From NCBI GenBank assembly GCA_053919585.1, contig CM132804.1: a stretch of 64,000 nt of DNA, one strand, 5' to 3'. A program made the translations under genes and the position numbers. The notes beneath the pieces are model-generated. The model searched no databases. It had not been told where the DNA came from and worked only from the letters and a program-made list of their open reading frames with translations. The stretch comes from Euprymna scolopes (lineage: Eukaryota). Positions 13,320-26,507 of the stretch are shown here, in pieces (position 1 is the stretch's first letter; every line of letters begins with the position of its first letter).

Positions 13320-15097
13320 GTAAGATTTATTATCATTAGAAATTGGCATCGATTTATTAAAGACTGAGGAGTACTCGTTCGCGATTGTGCAGTATAGTTA
13401 ACAAGAACAAAAACAAAATAAATGAACAACAAGTAACTTGGTTCTTGTCCAGAAATCCTCCTATATTAAAAAAATCAAAAATATAGAAAATTCTGTATGA
13501 TGCCTATACTTGTGTTGAACAAAAATGACATATTCCAAAAATCACAAATCGATCAAGCAGTTTTATTTCTGTTGTATTATGAATAAGCGTATGGTGGCGG
13601 GAAAGAACCAGACAAACAAACAAGTTTAATTTTAAACGATTAATTGTTCAATCATTTGAAAAAAAACTTAAGAAAAGCAAAATAATGTATTCTCCAGTTC
13701 ATCGACAGTTTGTCGCTGCCGTTAAGGTTATTCATGTCAGCATAGTCTTTATCGGCGATGGAGAATTATTTATTGTTCACATCTTTCTTTGTTGATAAAA
13801 TATGTCCGTGTTTGTTGTTCCTTGTGGTGTTGTTTTCGATAACAATATCGAAGGATAAAGCCTGCTTTTCAATAAGAAATGTCTAGTGTTAGCAACACAA
13901 CAGATTTGTCGTCTACTTGTTACGAAAATGTTGTTCCTCTCATGTTTAGATGGGGCATTTATTCAATTATTCTTCACGGCTTTGTTGATCCTTCATGGTA
14001 CAGATTTGTCGTCTGCCAGTCAGCTATATCAAAACTTTGTCTGCAGTCGTCTCTTCCCTTGGGCAAGCTGTCAGGTCTCCTGGTGTACATAGCAACAGTA
14101 TTGCTAATAACTGCATCGGGGTGATTTGATTGGGATTAGCAATAGATATACAGCTGTCATTTGTTTGGTAGTAAGTAGCAACGTCTTCGCCGATCTGTTT
14201 TAAGATTAGTGATAAATATACAGCAATCACTGGCTTGGTCAGTGGTCTGGTGTGGAAGTTAGAATTGGCCGCTGGTAGACCAGTGAAGTTGTAGTATTTC
14301 TCATTTCTAGTTAGTCGAGACCTGTGGCCAAACTGGCTAGGGGTTAAAGTCGGTTACTCTCCTAGGTCTCCTAGAGTTGGGTTCTCAACTGACAGGGGGT
14401 TGTGCGGCATGCGCCAGGCTCTATTGAGCCAATCTCCTTAGTCAGCTTGGCTCCTCTCTATTTAAACATAAATTTAGCAAGTGCCCAGCTCCTACAGCAA
14501 GTCTCTTCTGATTGGTCAAAGTTGGATTTTGACAGCCAATCAAACTGCTGGAAATTAAGCAAGCAGAGTTGAGTATTTTGTAAAATTAGTAAATATTGTT
14601 GTTTTTAGCTGCTGCTGCTATTATTTGTCATGGTTGGGGCTGTCCCTTTTAATTTCATAATGTATTTGCTGCTCCTGCTAATTTGTTTTCTTTGCAAGAA
14701 AGCTTCATAAATCAAAATGAGATCTCGCTTTCAACTTCGTAACATTTTTAAATAAGGAAATCAAATTTTGTGAGTAACGGAAGAGCAATTTTGTTCACCA
14801 TTTTGAAAACAATCTAAAGAAAACAAAAAGAAGATAACTCAACAATAATTCAAACTAAAATTAGCTATGTTTCTGCGATTTATCAAGAACCTTTAAATGG
14901 GACAGAGATTCATTTGTTTTAAATGGGTGTGAAAAGTGATAACGTACGTACGAACATAAACTTCAGTTTGTTGTTTTAGTACCTCATTGTAATACGTCTT
15001 CCTATTCCAGTAGTTTCTTTCTAAGGACTGCAATATTGTGGAATTCTCTTCCTGCTCACTGTTTTCCATCTGCCTACAGATGTCAGTGTATTATTAT

Positions 15098-15766
15098 TAG
15101 GGCTGTGACAACAGAATACTCTTTTCATTCTTTTGACTCTCGAGTATATATCCAACACAGTCAATCAACCAAGAACCACATCAGTCGATATAAAAACATA
15201 TAAGCTCGATTCATTCATATCTTGTCGCTCCATCTCTTCAACCAGCGGCGTGCGGTTTCATTACCAACACTGAGGTCTTCGTCCGTGCAGTTGGGCCCCA
15301 GTGGGCAAGATGTTAAAATGTGCTCGATGGTCTGAACTTGGGCACCACAGGGGCATTCAGCAGTTGTAGAGTAACCCCACATGAGGAGGTTGTCGCCAGT
15401 TTTTGCAACTTTTGCCCGTGCCCTATTCAGAGTGACCCACTCCGAACGGGACAGGTGTGTGCCAGGTGGTAAGGTTTCACTGGGCTCTGGCAGTGCTATA
15501 TTTGTAGACTGAGGGTCTACCTCTCTCCACATCTGCAGCCGGTAAGAGGATGTAGGAGTGTCCGGTAGTTCCTCCACTGTGGCAAAGCTTCGCCGGGACA
15601 CAAGTCATCTAGCCACCTCCAAGTATCCATAGAGAGGGTGTCTGGGGTCTTCGAGTTGTTTAGTATGCTCAACTCTCGCAATTATATCCCGGCGGACTTA
15701 AGCTATTAACGGATATATACTCAATAGTCAAAACAATGAAAAGAATATGCTGTTGTCACAGCCCTA
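15098..15766. mobile_element. hAT-type MITE with 8-bp TSD, containing a nested LINE
   Basis: TIRs TAGGGCTGTGACAACAG...CTGTTGTCACAGCCCTA (about 55 bp). ATTATTAT at 15090-15097 and 15767-15774. Confidence 0.85.
15207..15698 (-). mobile_element. RTE-X-like LINE 3' fragment
   Basis: DPRHPLY...SRRSF...CPCGAQVQTIEHILTSCP (CCHC knuckle), stop followed by a (TGAA)-like tail. TAAGCT on both sides. Confidence 0.85.
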
Positions 15767-15869
15767 ATTATTATATAGATTATATTTCTGAATATTTGAG
15801 ATGAGGATTGGTTATTCGTTTTATTCGAATTCTTGTTGTTCTCATCTTGAGTGTTAGTTTTTATTTTTT

Positions 15870-16195
15870 GCATACTTGAAAAAAAATCAATTGTAAAAAA
15901 TGATATTCTTCTGAAGGTTGAAGGTTCAATTCTCAGTGTGGGCGACTGAAAAATATAATTGCGAATTATTTAGGATCTCTATCCAGTCATGACTGATGGA
16001 ACGGGAGCATGCTACTCCTGTGAAGTAAATAAAGGGTTCTGCTCGAAATTCCATCCAGATGCCCGAGTTTGATAGAAACATTTCAGAGTTTGACAAGATA
16101 CACTTGAAGACGGTCGGAGGTTACATCAACCAAAATGTTGTGGAAATGACATTCAAGATGAGAACAGTCGTCCGATGAATCCAAATAATATAAAT
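15870..16195 (+). mobile_element. SINE-like copy of the tRNA-box/hammerhead (Penelope pLTR-derived) repeat
   Basis: Collinear with the reverse complement of 26040-26335. B box ggttcaattc; degenerate hammerhead at 16101-16143. Confidence 0.75.
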
Positions 16196-16199
16196 ATAG

Positions 16200-17640
16200 T
16201 TTATTATCTAAAAAATTTTTATTTTTTTTATTAATATTTACATTTTTTAATTATTATTTTTAATTATTATTTTTTTTATTAATATTAAAAGTTTTAATTA
16301 TTACTTTTTTATTTATATTTTAATTTTTTATTATTATTTTTAATTATTATTTTTTATTAATATTTTAATTTTTTAATTATTTTTAATTTTTTTATTAATG
16401 TTTTAATTTTTATTTTTTTTATTAATATTTACATTTTTTAATTATTATTTTTAATTATTATTTTTTTTATTACTATTTAAAGTTTTAATTTTTATTTTTT
16501 TATTAATATTTACATTTTTTAATTATTTTTAATTATTATTTTTTTTATTACTATTTAAAGTTTTAATTATTATTTTTTTATTAATATTTACATTTTTTAA
16601 TTATTATTTTTAATTATTATTTTTTTTATTAATATTTAAAGTTTTAATTATTATTTTTTATTAATATTTTAATTTTTTATTATTTTTTTACTTATTATTT
16701 TTAATTATTATTTTTTATTAATATTTTAATTTTTTAATTATTTTAAATTTTTTTTTTGATGTTTTAATTTTTTAATTTTTTTTAATTAATATTTACATTT
16801 TTTAATTATTATTTTTAATTATTATTTTTTTATTAATATTTTAATTTTTAATTATTTTTTTTACTTATTATTTTAAATTTTTTTAATTAATATTTAAATT
16901 TTTAATTATTATTGTTATTAATATTTTAATTTTTAATTATTATTTTTAATTATTATTTTTTATTAATATTTTAATTTTTTAATTATTTTTATTAATATTT
17001 TAATTTTTTAATTTTTATTTTAAATTATTATTTTTTATTAATATTTTATTTTTTTGATTATTTTAATTATTATTTTATTAATATTTTATTTTTTTAATTA
17101 TTATTTCTAATTATTTTTTGTNNNNNNNNNNNNNNNNNNNNNNNNNNNNNNNNNNNNNNNNNNNNNNNNNNNNNNNNNNNNNNNNNNNNNNNNNNNNNNN
17201 NNNNNNNNNNNNNNNNNNNNNNNNNNNNNNNNNNNNNNNNNNNNNNNNNNNNNNNNNNNNNNNNNNNNNNNNNNNNNNNNNNNNTTTTTATTAATATTTC
17301 ATTTTTTTAATTATTTCTAATTTTTCTTTTAATATTTTATTTTTTAGTTATTATTTTTAATTATTTTTTTAATTATTTTATTAATATTTTAATTTTATTA
17401 TTATTATTTTTTAATTATTTTTAATTATTTTTCAATAAAAAATAATTAAAAATGATAATTAAAAAATTTTAATATTAATAAAAAAAATAATTAAAAATAA
17501 TAATCAAAAATTGAAATATTAATAAAATAATAATTAAAAATGTTTTAATTTCTTAATTATTATTTTTAATTATTTTTTTATTAATATTTTAATAATTTTT
17601 GTTTTATTACTATTATTACTTTATTATTAAAAAAATTTTT
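16200..17640. repeat. Almost pure A/T low-complexity tandem tract spanning an assembly gap (17122-17284)
   Basis: Reiterated ttattaatattttaatttttaattatt units; one inverted block at about 17435-17545. Confidence 0.95.
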
Positions 17641-17673
17641 CTTCTTTATTTTATTTTTTTTTTCAAACTGTAG

Positions 17674-17922
17674 TTGCAGATCGTTACTCCCAGCATGAAG
17701 AATCTGTCGAGATGATGAAGGCCATGTTCAGCCTACTGAATAACTGTAATCCCGAGGGTGGCATATCCGAACTGATCACCAGTACTATCTACAGTTGGCT
17801 GGAATCTTCCGTCCATAGCATCCTCCTGCTGCCCACCATCAGTGCTGCGTGTCGTGCACTGGCCAGCGTATCCAACATGGCACAAATCATCGAGAAATGC
17901 ATCGACGTCTACTTCAGTCCAG
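17674..17922 (+). CDS. EPG5: EPG5 exon: ADRYSQHEESVEMMKAMFSLLNNCNPEGGISELITSTIYSWLESSVHSILLLPTISAACRALASVSNMAQIIEKCIDVYFSP
   Basis: AG at 17672-17673, donor GTTAGA at 17923. Strong match to the EPG5 motif [29 protein letters not shown]. Confidence 0.95.
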
Positions 17923-18038
17923 GTTAGAACCGTGCTCATCAACTTCAAATATTTTTTTTCTATTCTATTGTAAACCTATAGGATTATTAACAGATAGAGT
18001 ATGGCAACCATTCAAGGGAAATAACTCTCGTTGACTAA

Positions 18039-18071
<33 letters not shown>

Positions 18072-19389
18072 AAAACCAAGAAGAGAATTTTAAGGCGCTC
18101 AAATGAACATCAATTGTACTTTTTATTAAAACTAGCCCGGGTGTTTGGAGGTGTATATTGTGCAAAAAAAAAAAAAAAAAGAAAATTTATAAATATTTAA
18201 AATCTTAAAAAGTGCAATAAAATGCCGATTACATTTTTATTAATGAATAAGGCACGTCTGATTGAGTGTAAATAAAAAATTAATTTTTTTTTAATTCTAG
18301 TACCTTGTTTCTGTTGAGGCAGACATCTTTTTCAAGAAAATAAAATATATTATCAATATAAGTGTGGGTTAAAGTTTATTAAATAACTATAGAACACTTA
18401 AAACAATTCTCTCGCTAAAAACATTCACTAAGATACTGCTATTTAGTAAAATTGATATTTCTTAATAATGCAAATGAGGTGATCCCTTAATTGTGTATAT
18501 ATATATAGTTGTTTTTTTTTAATTCTAGTATCTTCCTTTTTATAGTTTAATATTAATAGTTTTTGGTAAAATAATTTTCCAGTTAAACATTTTGTTGAAC
18601 ATTTTTCTGTTGAGGCAGACATCTTTTTCAAGAAATACCTAACATTTTAAAATTATATTTATCAAGAACACTAACGACAACAGAAATAATAGCATTATAT
18701 TTATTAATAAAACGTGCTAAAGATCACATGAAAAGTATCATATAATGCAATATTTACAAAAAATATTAAACATTTCTGAGTTTAAATGATTTATAGGAGT
18801 GCCATCGTTTGCCTGAGGTAGTGGTTGAATTTAAAGGGAGAAGGCCAGCACTAATGTTTTTGCTATTTAGATATATAGATATATGCCCCGATTTTTGTCA
18901 ATTATTTGTTTCTTTTATATTTTTCAAAATAAATGCCAATATTGTTGGACATTTTGGAATTGAAATTAACATTACAGGAAATGTTAGTGCCACTGATAAT
19001 ATTCCGCTTGTTATTAATTCGCTGAGGATTGTAATTTTTAAATATGCATCTATTTAATTGAACACACAAATATTTCATTGCAGTAGGAAAAGTTCTAGTG
19101 ACTTTTTCCAAGTGCTCAGTATTTTATTGACATTCATTACAATGTTTGAGCATTAAAGAGTCAGTTTTGAGCAAAAATTTGAATTGTTTGAGTGTAAATA
19201 ATATAGTTTTTTTTTTAACTCTAGTATCTTCCTTTTTAAAGTGTAATATTAATCAATAGTTTTCAGTAAAATAATTTTCCAGTTTAACATTTCATTGCAC
19301 ATTTATCTGTTGAAGCAGAAATCTTCTTTCCAATTGAGTTATAATGATTTATAACAGTGCCATTGTTTGCCTGCAGAGATGCAGTTACA

Positions 19390-20665
19390 AAAAAAACCCT
19401 CCCAATATTAAGAATGGCTTTCTAAATAATAATGCTTGTATTTCAGCACGGTCCGTATTCCATAATAGTAAAATACTTGTTCCCTTCTTATATTAGGAAT
19501 TATTTAATTGCCTTATATGAAAAATTATTTAATTCTTAGGTGTAAGTACAGAAGATTTAAATATGATCCCCTTCCAATATTAAGAATGGCTTTCTAAATA
19601 ACGTTTGTATTTCAGCATATTCCATAATAGTAAAATACTATCCCCCTCCTTATATTCAGAATTATTAAATTGCTATATACTGTTAGTTATCAGTACAGAA
19701 GATTTAAAAAAAAAACTCCCAATATTAAGAATGGCTTTCTAAATAATAACGCTTAAATTTCAGCATGGTCCGTATTCCATAATAGTAAAATACTTGCCCC
19801 CTTCTTATATTAAGAATTATTTAATTATTAGGTGGAAGTTCAGAAGATTTAAAAAGAAAACTCCCAATATTAAGACTGGCTTTCTAAATAATATCGTTCG
19901 TATTTCAGCATGGTCCCTATTTAGTAATAGTAAAATACTATCCCCCCTTATATTAAGAATTGTTTAATTGTTAGGTGTAAGTACAGAATATTTTAAAAGA
20001 ACCTCACAATATTAAGAATGGCTTTCTAAATAATAAGATTTGTATTACAGCATGGTCCATATTCCATAATAGTAAAATACTTGCTCCCTCCTTATATTCA
20101 GAATTATTTAATTACATTATATAAAGAATTATTTAATTGTTACAGAAGATTCTAAAAAAGTTCCCCTCCCAATAATAACGTTTGTATTTCAGCACGGTCC
20201 GTATTCCATAATAGTTAAAATCTATCCTCCCTCCTCATATTTAGAATTATTAAATTGCCTTTTATTAAGAATTATTTAATTGTTAGGTGTATGTACAGAA
20301 GATTTTTAAAAAGTTCCCCTCCCAATAATAAGAATGGCTTTCTAAATAATAATGCTTGTATTTCAGCACAGTCCATATTCCATAATATTAAAATACTATC
20401 CCCCTATTTATCTTAAGAATTATTTAATTGCCTTGTATTAAGAATTCTTTTATTGTTAGGTGTAAGTACAGAAGATTTAAACAGGATCCCCTTCCAATAT
20501 TAAGAATGGCTTTCTAAATAACACATTTCAGCACGGTCCGTATTCCATAATAGTAAAATACTATCCCTCTTCTTATATTTAGAATTATAAAATTGCCTTA
20601 TATTAAGAATTATTTAATTGTTAGGTGGAAGTACAGAAAATTAAAAACAAACTCCCAATATTAAG
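19390..20665. repeat. Diverged satellite, unit about 145-185 bp, about 8 copies
   Basis: Recurrent cccaatattaagaatggctttctaaataat...gtattccataatagtaaaatact...gtacagaagattt. Confidence 0.92.
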
Positions 20666-21299
20666 CCCCCCCCCATTTTCAAATGTCTGTTAAAAAGTAA
20701 ATAATTAATTTATGTACCAAAGTTTTATATATCACAAATTGAAGATAAAAGATCAATAAATAATATATTCAAATTTAAAACAAAAAAAAGTAGTGTTTTT
20801 TAAAAATTTACCTGTAAAGTCCGAAGTTTAAAACCTTTTTTTTTAAAAAAAAAACACGTTTTGTTTTTTGTTTTTTTTAATGAAACCTTGGTCCTTGCTC
20901 CTTTAATTGAAAAAAAAAAAAATTAGGGCTTGAATTACATTTTTCGAGGAGTTATAAACTTCGAAAGATAGCGGGTGGAATTATTCAATAGTTTTCACGA
21001 AATTTCTGACACTGCTACTCTCTCTCTCTCTAGTAATAGTAGTGATAATAGTGCCAGCAGACAGTTATTAAATGCGATTGGAAAACTCTTAAGAAATTAA
21101 TTTGTGAGAAAGATTTTTTTTAAATCGATATTATATCAAATTATATAAAATAATATCTTAAATGAAACAGGAGAACATGGAGATTATTTTTATCAGTAAT
21201 CCGAAGGAATTCATTAAATATTTGACAAGAAAATTAAAAATTTGTCGGGAATAGTAGTCTGTAAGTATTTTGTTTGTCGAGCAGTGACTTGCTCGACTA

Positions 21300-21339
<40 letters not shown>

Positions 21340-21374
21340 TATATATGAACACCTTGCCTTTTTTCTTCGCTCAC

Positions 21375-21410
<36 letters not shown>

Positions 21411-22120
21411 CTTTAATTCTAGCATGCAGCCAGTCCGACGCTGTTAGAAATAAACAGTAGTAATAGTTTTAGCAGATAGTTGTTAAATCTTATGTTATGG
21501 TAGTATAAATAGTCGCTCTGTTGGAAAACTCTTAACGATCGATTTTGGAAAAAAGATTTTTTTTTTAAATCGATATTATATCAAATAATATAAAATAATA
21601 TCTGAAATGAAACAGAAGAACATGGAGATTATTATTAATACTATTCTAATAGAATTCATTACATATTTGGCGAGGAAATTAAAAATTTGTTTTTTCAAGT
21701 GGTACCTACGGCGTGATTACTCAATAGTAGTCTGCAAGTAACATTTTGCTTGTCGAGCAGTTACTTGCTCGACTAATTCCAAAAATCACATAAATTGATC
21801 AAGTAGTTTTATTTTTTATAAAGAAAATAATTTTTACGCAATCAATGAGAATTTATAGGCATTACAACATAAATCTAGTATGAATTATAGTTAAATTATC
21901 TCCCTTTGTTAAATTTTTTTCAAAATGGTGGGTGAGACAATCACTTTTTGAATACTCATAAAATTTGATTTTCTTATTTTAAAATTTAAAAATGGTCAAT
22001 TTACGTAATTTTTGGAACATGATTTGTTACGGCTAAGCACATCATACAGATGTTTCTTTATTTTTGTTTTTAAAATTTTTGAAATTTTGGACAAGGATCG
22101 TATTTTTTGTTAAAGTTGCC

Positions 22121-22151
<31 letters not shown>

Positions 22152-23179
22152 TGTCTCTGCAAGGTTATAGTATTTTAAAAAGTTGTCAGTTCTTTCTTTT
22201 CATGTTTGTTTATTTTGTTGGGTGCAATTAATTCATTACTATGTGACCCTTCAAAGTTTGAAAGGAATTGGGAAGCCTTTAAACTGTCAAATAAAAAGTA
22301 ATTTCTGAACTACTCCAAGACAAGATTTTACTTATTATATTTTTATAACAAGTTGACTCAATTCAAAACCAACTCCCAGGCGACGCTGGATAGGAAAACT
22401 GGTTCATCTGTTGGAATGACAAAAACCATTTGTTTGTATTATTTGTATTAATTAGATTAATGTCCTCATCTTGAGTGTTGCACGACATTTCGGTAGGTGG
22501 AACCTCAGACCTTCTTCAGGTATATAAATCGCCATATTTAGTAAAGAAACGAGAAGGGGTTTAGCGCAACACTTTCACGGTTTCATATTTACGTGAAGGT
22601 GAACATAAATTTACGAAAAATTATCAATAAAAATATCAAGCAAAAACAATATTTCTGAATTATTTGTAACAAAAAAAAGTGCGTTCAAAGTTTAATTATC
22701 GATGTTCTGTTCGTTCTCAAAAGACAAACGATACCCTCTGTGCTTGCAATTGTGAGGCAAGGGTGGCGCAATCTCCAACCACACCTCTCCTGAATCAGCA
22801 CTGTTTGGGTTCAGTGGCAAGGAAAAGTCTAAGATGACTGGAAACAATTTTGAGATGAGCAGAGAGCGCATACAGCACCTGGAAGTCCCAGATGGTCACC
22901 CGTTTAATACTGACCAGGTTCAACGTTGCATAGCTTCGATGATCCAGCGGGATTATGCTATTAACCTAATGCAAGTTCTTAAAAACCTTAAAATATATAA
23001 AATAAAAGTTGTTGAAAAAACAATTGTCAAATCAAGTGTTATCCCATGTTGTCTCGTTCACTTTTAAATTCAAAATCTCTTGATGAGTTTTGTTGAAGAT
23101 TGGAGATTACATCGATTGAAACATTGTGCAAATAACAGTCAAGATGAGAACATTAGTCCGATTAATCCAAAAATTTAAG

Positions 23180-23450
23180 AACTCTGAAGACCATCTGATC
23201 ATCCTAGGAATGATCAATAACATGCACTAGGAGTTTGTTAAGCGTAGATCCAGCCTCACTCTCTCATCCCAACTAGCCTGATCCAGCGGCAGGATAGGGT
23301 CAAAACAGCTGAAGGCCAGGTGGGCTGGAGGAGTTGTCAGAGGTGTTGATATTCTCTTACCTGGTATTCCCAAATGGCTACCCATCTGATACTGGCCAGG
23401 CTCAACATTGCTTGACTTTGATTATCAACCAAGAACTGGTATGTAGTATT
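23180..23450 (-). mobile_element. Degenerate 5S rRNA-derived SINE (second type)
   Basis: Minus strand ccagttctt...aagtcaagcaatgttgagcctggccagtatcagatgggtagccatttgggaataccagg resembles the 5S internal control region. The body differs from the 55885 element. Confidence 0.6.
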
Positions 23451-23548
23451 ATAAAGCATTGAACCCCCCCCCCCCCTGCGCAAAAAAAAATTACTGCTGA
23501 TAATTAATCTTTGTTTTTTTTTTTTTTTTTTTTGTTTTGTTTTTTCAG

Positions 23549-23768
23549 AAGATATCTCGTTAGAGAACGGAGACTGGGCATTGATTCTGTCGGACATTCA
23601 ATTTCCTGAGCTGAATTTGTCCGAGTTCTTGGAAGAAGCGCAACAGCAGGGGGCCTACCTTACTTTGTATGCTTACCTCCAACAGAAACTGCCTTTGACT
23701 GTCGACATCAAAGAAGAACAGGCCTTGATTTGGAAAGTTCTTGACTGGAGTGCAAAGGGAAAGTCATG
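23549..23768 (+). CDS. EPG5: EPG5 exon: DISLENGDWALILSDIQFPELNLSEFLEEAQQQGAYLTLYAYLQQKLPLTVDIKEEQALIWKVLDWSAKGKS
   Basis: Poly-T tract plus CAG acceptor, GTGAGT donor. Matches EPG5 [28 protein letters not shown]. Confidence 0.95.
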
Positions 23769-24480
23769 GTGAGTTTATTCCCTACTAAGAATATCTGAGC
23801 AGCCCTACTATTATTCCCTACTGAGCAATAAATTGAGTTTATTTTCTCCAGGAAGCAAACCGATGAGTTGAGATGAGGATTTGAAAAGCTAGCGCACGAG
23901 GATAAGAACACTCTTCCCTACTAAGAATATCTGAGCAGCCCTGTTGGCTTTCCCCAGTAGGGACACCTTAGGTAATTAGCAATAAATTAATCACTTTTCA
24001 AAGAAAAAGAAAATAAAGCCTTGGTGAGTGTAAATCCTACCTCAACCCACCAGCAACAAAGCTGCTTTCAGATTGATTGTCAAGGATGTACCACCTACTG
24101 AGATGAACGTCTAGATCATAAGCACTTTATTCAACGTCGCCAGAGCATCATATAGTGTTGCGATGTTAGTATTTGAATAATTGACGAGAGAGAACACAGT
24201 AACAGTTAAATAAATATGTATTTACAAAAATACATAAAAAAGATAAATTGAGCCATATCTTTGATCAACTGCTGGACTAGTGGTGACGACCATACTCTCC
24301 ATGTGCCCGTCTCTGACTGACTTGGCAAACCGGTCCTTGTTACTTGGAAGTGACATCATGGAATAGTTCATTATTCCAGGGGGTAGGAGTGCGTCCCCAA
24401 CATATAGCACAATTATCATATTTGATGCATCTTTTTTACATATTAGGTATTTTTTTTGACGTTATTTCAATAAATGATTC

Positions 24481-24956
24481 GATACTTGTACAGTTTAATC
24501 AAGACATTAAAAAATGAAAATATCAAAAAAAGTTTATATTGTACGTATCTGTTATGGAATGAAGTTCTCCGAAAAAAATTTCTCTTAATTTCATCAAGTA
24601 ATTTTTTTTTTACAGCGAAAAAACAATTTGTTATGATACCGAGCAAAAGATTTGATTTTTAGGAAAAAAAGCTAGTTATTAAAGATGGGGAGGGAGTGTC
24701 GGCGCTTTACATGGAGTTATCTCCCCGTGGCGTTTCTAAACTCCAAACAAAAATTTAAAAAAAATCCAAGATGTCCACCTTCAACGTGCTGTCATAAAAA
24801 CGTGTTTTTTCCGCTGTAAAAAAACAAAAAAAAACTACTCAATCAAATTAAATGAAATTCTTTTTCGGAGATCTTCAGTTCAAAACGGATACGTACAATA
24901 TAACCTTTTTTCAGTATTTTCATTTTTTAATGTCTTGATTAAACTGTACAAGTACC
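24481..24956. mobile_element. Fold-back MITE family 1, copy 2
   Basis: Same TIRs and core as 1659-2126 and 29849-30302. Confidence 0.85.
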
Positions 24957-26039
24957 CAATGATTCTTGCCCAGAATTACCCATATATAAAAAAAAAAAAA
25001 AATTGTATAATGTATGTAGTTATGAAGAAACAAAGATACCAGATTCCACTTCCATTATCTTCCACCAGAGAATTTTTTTATATATGATAAAAATCTCAGA
25101 AGAGGAAGTTCTAAATGAGATTTTGTTTTTTTTGCTCTTTTCCTTCGAATCAAATCTCCAATAATCGAAGTTGTTATCATTCGAGTTTGTATACCTATTT
25201 TTTCAGAGAGAAGGCATCTTTTATTCTCGATATTATTTCCAATGTTTTTATTTATTATTTTTTTTAATTATTTTTTATTCCTTACTTTTTGTCTTATTTT
25301 GTATCCTGTACATTTTTTTCTATTATTAAATTTTTTTTTCTACCCAACTCCAGTCCTACTTAGTATGCCTCTTCTCTTGCCTTTGAAATTTTTCTACTCC
25401 AATAGTTTCTTCTCCAGGACTGCTAGACTTTGGAATTCCCTTCCTGCTTCCCTGACCGTACTAACATGCAGAAGTTCAAGTGTAATGTGAACAAACATCT
25501 TGCTGCTCAACTCCCTACATAGTATCCTTGCAATTATGTCCCTGATAGTAGCCCCCCCTACAACAAAGTGGCAATGTGCCTTGTTTGGGGTGAAAATGTA
25601 ATAAAAAAAAATAATTAAAAAAAAGAAAAAGTGCTCTCACCTCCCCTTTCATTGTATTTCCTCTCCCCTTATTTTTGCATTTCTAATCTAAAGTGTATTT
25701 AAAATCAGTGTTATCTATTTAGCCCATATAATAATACCGTATAATGCTGATTTTTTTTTTCTCCTCTTCTGATGAAAGCGTTTAGCTTTGAAATGGCATG
25801 GCCTAAGAAGATCCCCCACCCCCCATTATTTCCCTTTAACTTATTGTAATCCTCTTCAACCTTATTGACAATGTAATAAAGTTCTTATTTAATGCTTTGA
25901 TGTTTATCTCCTTATTTTTTTTTTTAAATACAGTATTCCATTGAATGTCACAGATAGGGACCAAGACCACCTGTGATATTCGAAAATCCGTGAAGTAGGA
26001 CAAAACTATTATTTTTACCTTATTCAATTGTTTATTAGG

Positions 26040-26354
26040 CTGTAGTCCATATTATTTGTATTCTTCGAACGACTGTTCTCATCTTGAGTGTCATTTTCAC
26101 AGTGTTTCGGTTGATGTAACCTCCGACCTTCTTCAGGTGTATCTTGTCGATCTTGGGAATTTGGATTGAATTTCAAACAGAACCCTTTATTTACTTCATG
26201 GGGATAGCATGTTCTTGTTCCGTCAGCCATGACTGGATAGACATCCTAAGTAATTCATAATTGTACACTAAGGATTGAACCTTCAACCTTCAGGAGAATA
26301 TAATTTTTTTACAATTGATTTTTCCCAGTATTCTAACCACTGCGCCACGGGTCC
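26040..26354 (-). mobile_element. tRNA-like Pol III head plus body plus minimal hammerhead; putative Penelope pLTR / SINE
   Basis: A box TGGCGCAGTGG (26337-26347), B box GGTTCAATCC (26272-26281), CTGAAGA-stem-GAAAC (26098-26140). Fragments recur at 15870, 22437, 23085, 38728, 44294, 45295, 50195 and 50942. Confidence 0.75.
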
Positions 26355-26507
26355 TTGCGAACAATTCTAGTACGGATTTTTGGAACCGTAAACCTATTTT
26401 TATTTCTAGTTATAAATATCACTATTTATTACTAATTACTCCTACATATTAACATATATCTATCTCTTTCTATATATTAATGTTTTTACTTATTACTTGT
26501 ATATATT

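Noticed and set aside
13690-14930. Possible RTE RT remnant (IADKDYAD) and Penelope 5' region with CCAAT/TATA-like motifs
   Set aside because: Too degenerate to support a call without a database search.
26265-26354. Functional tRNA gene
   Set aside because: A and B boxes are present but no cloverleaf forms, and it is part of a dispersed repeat.
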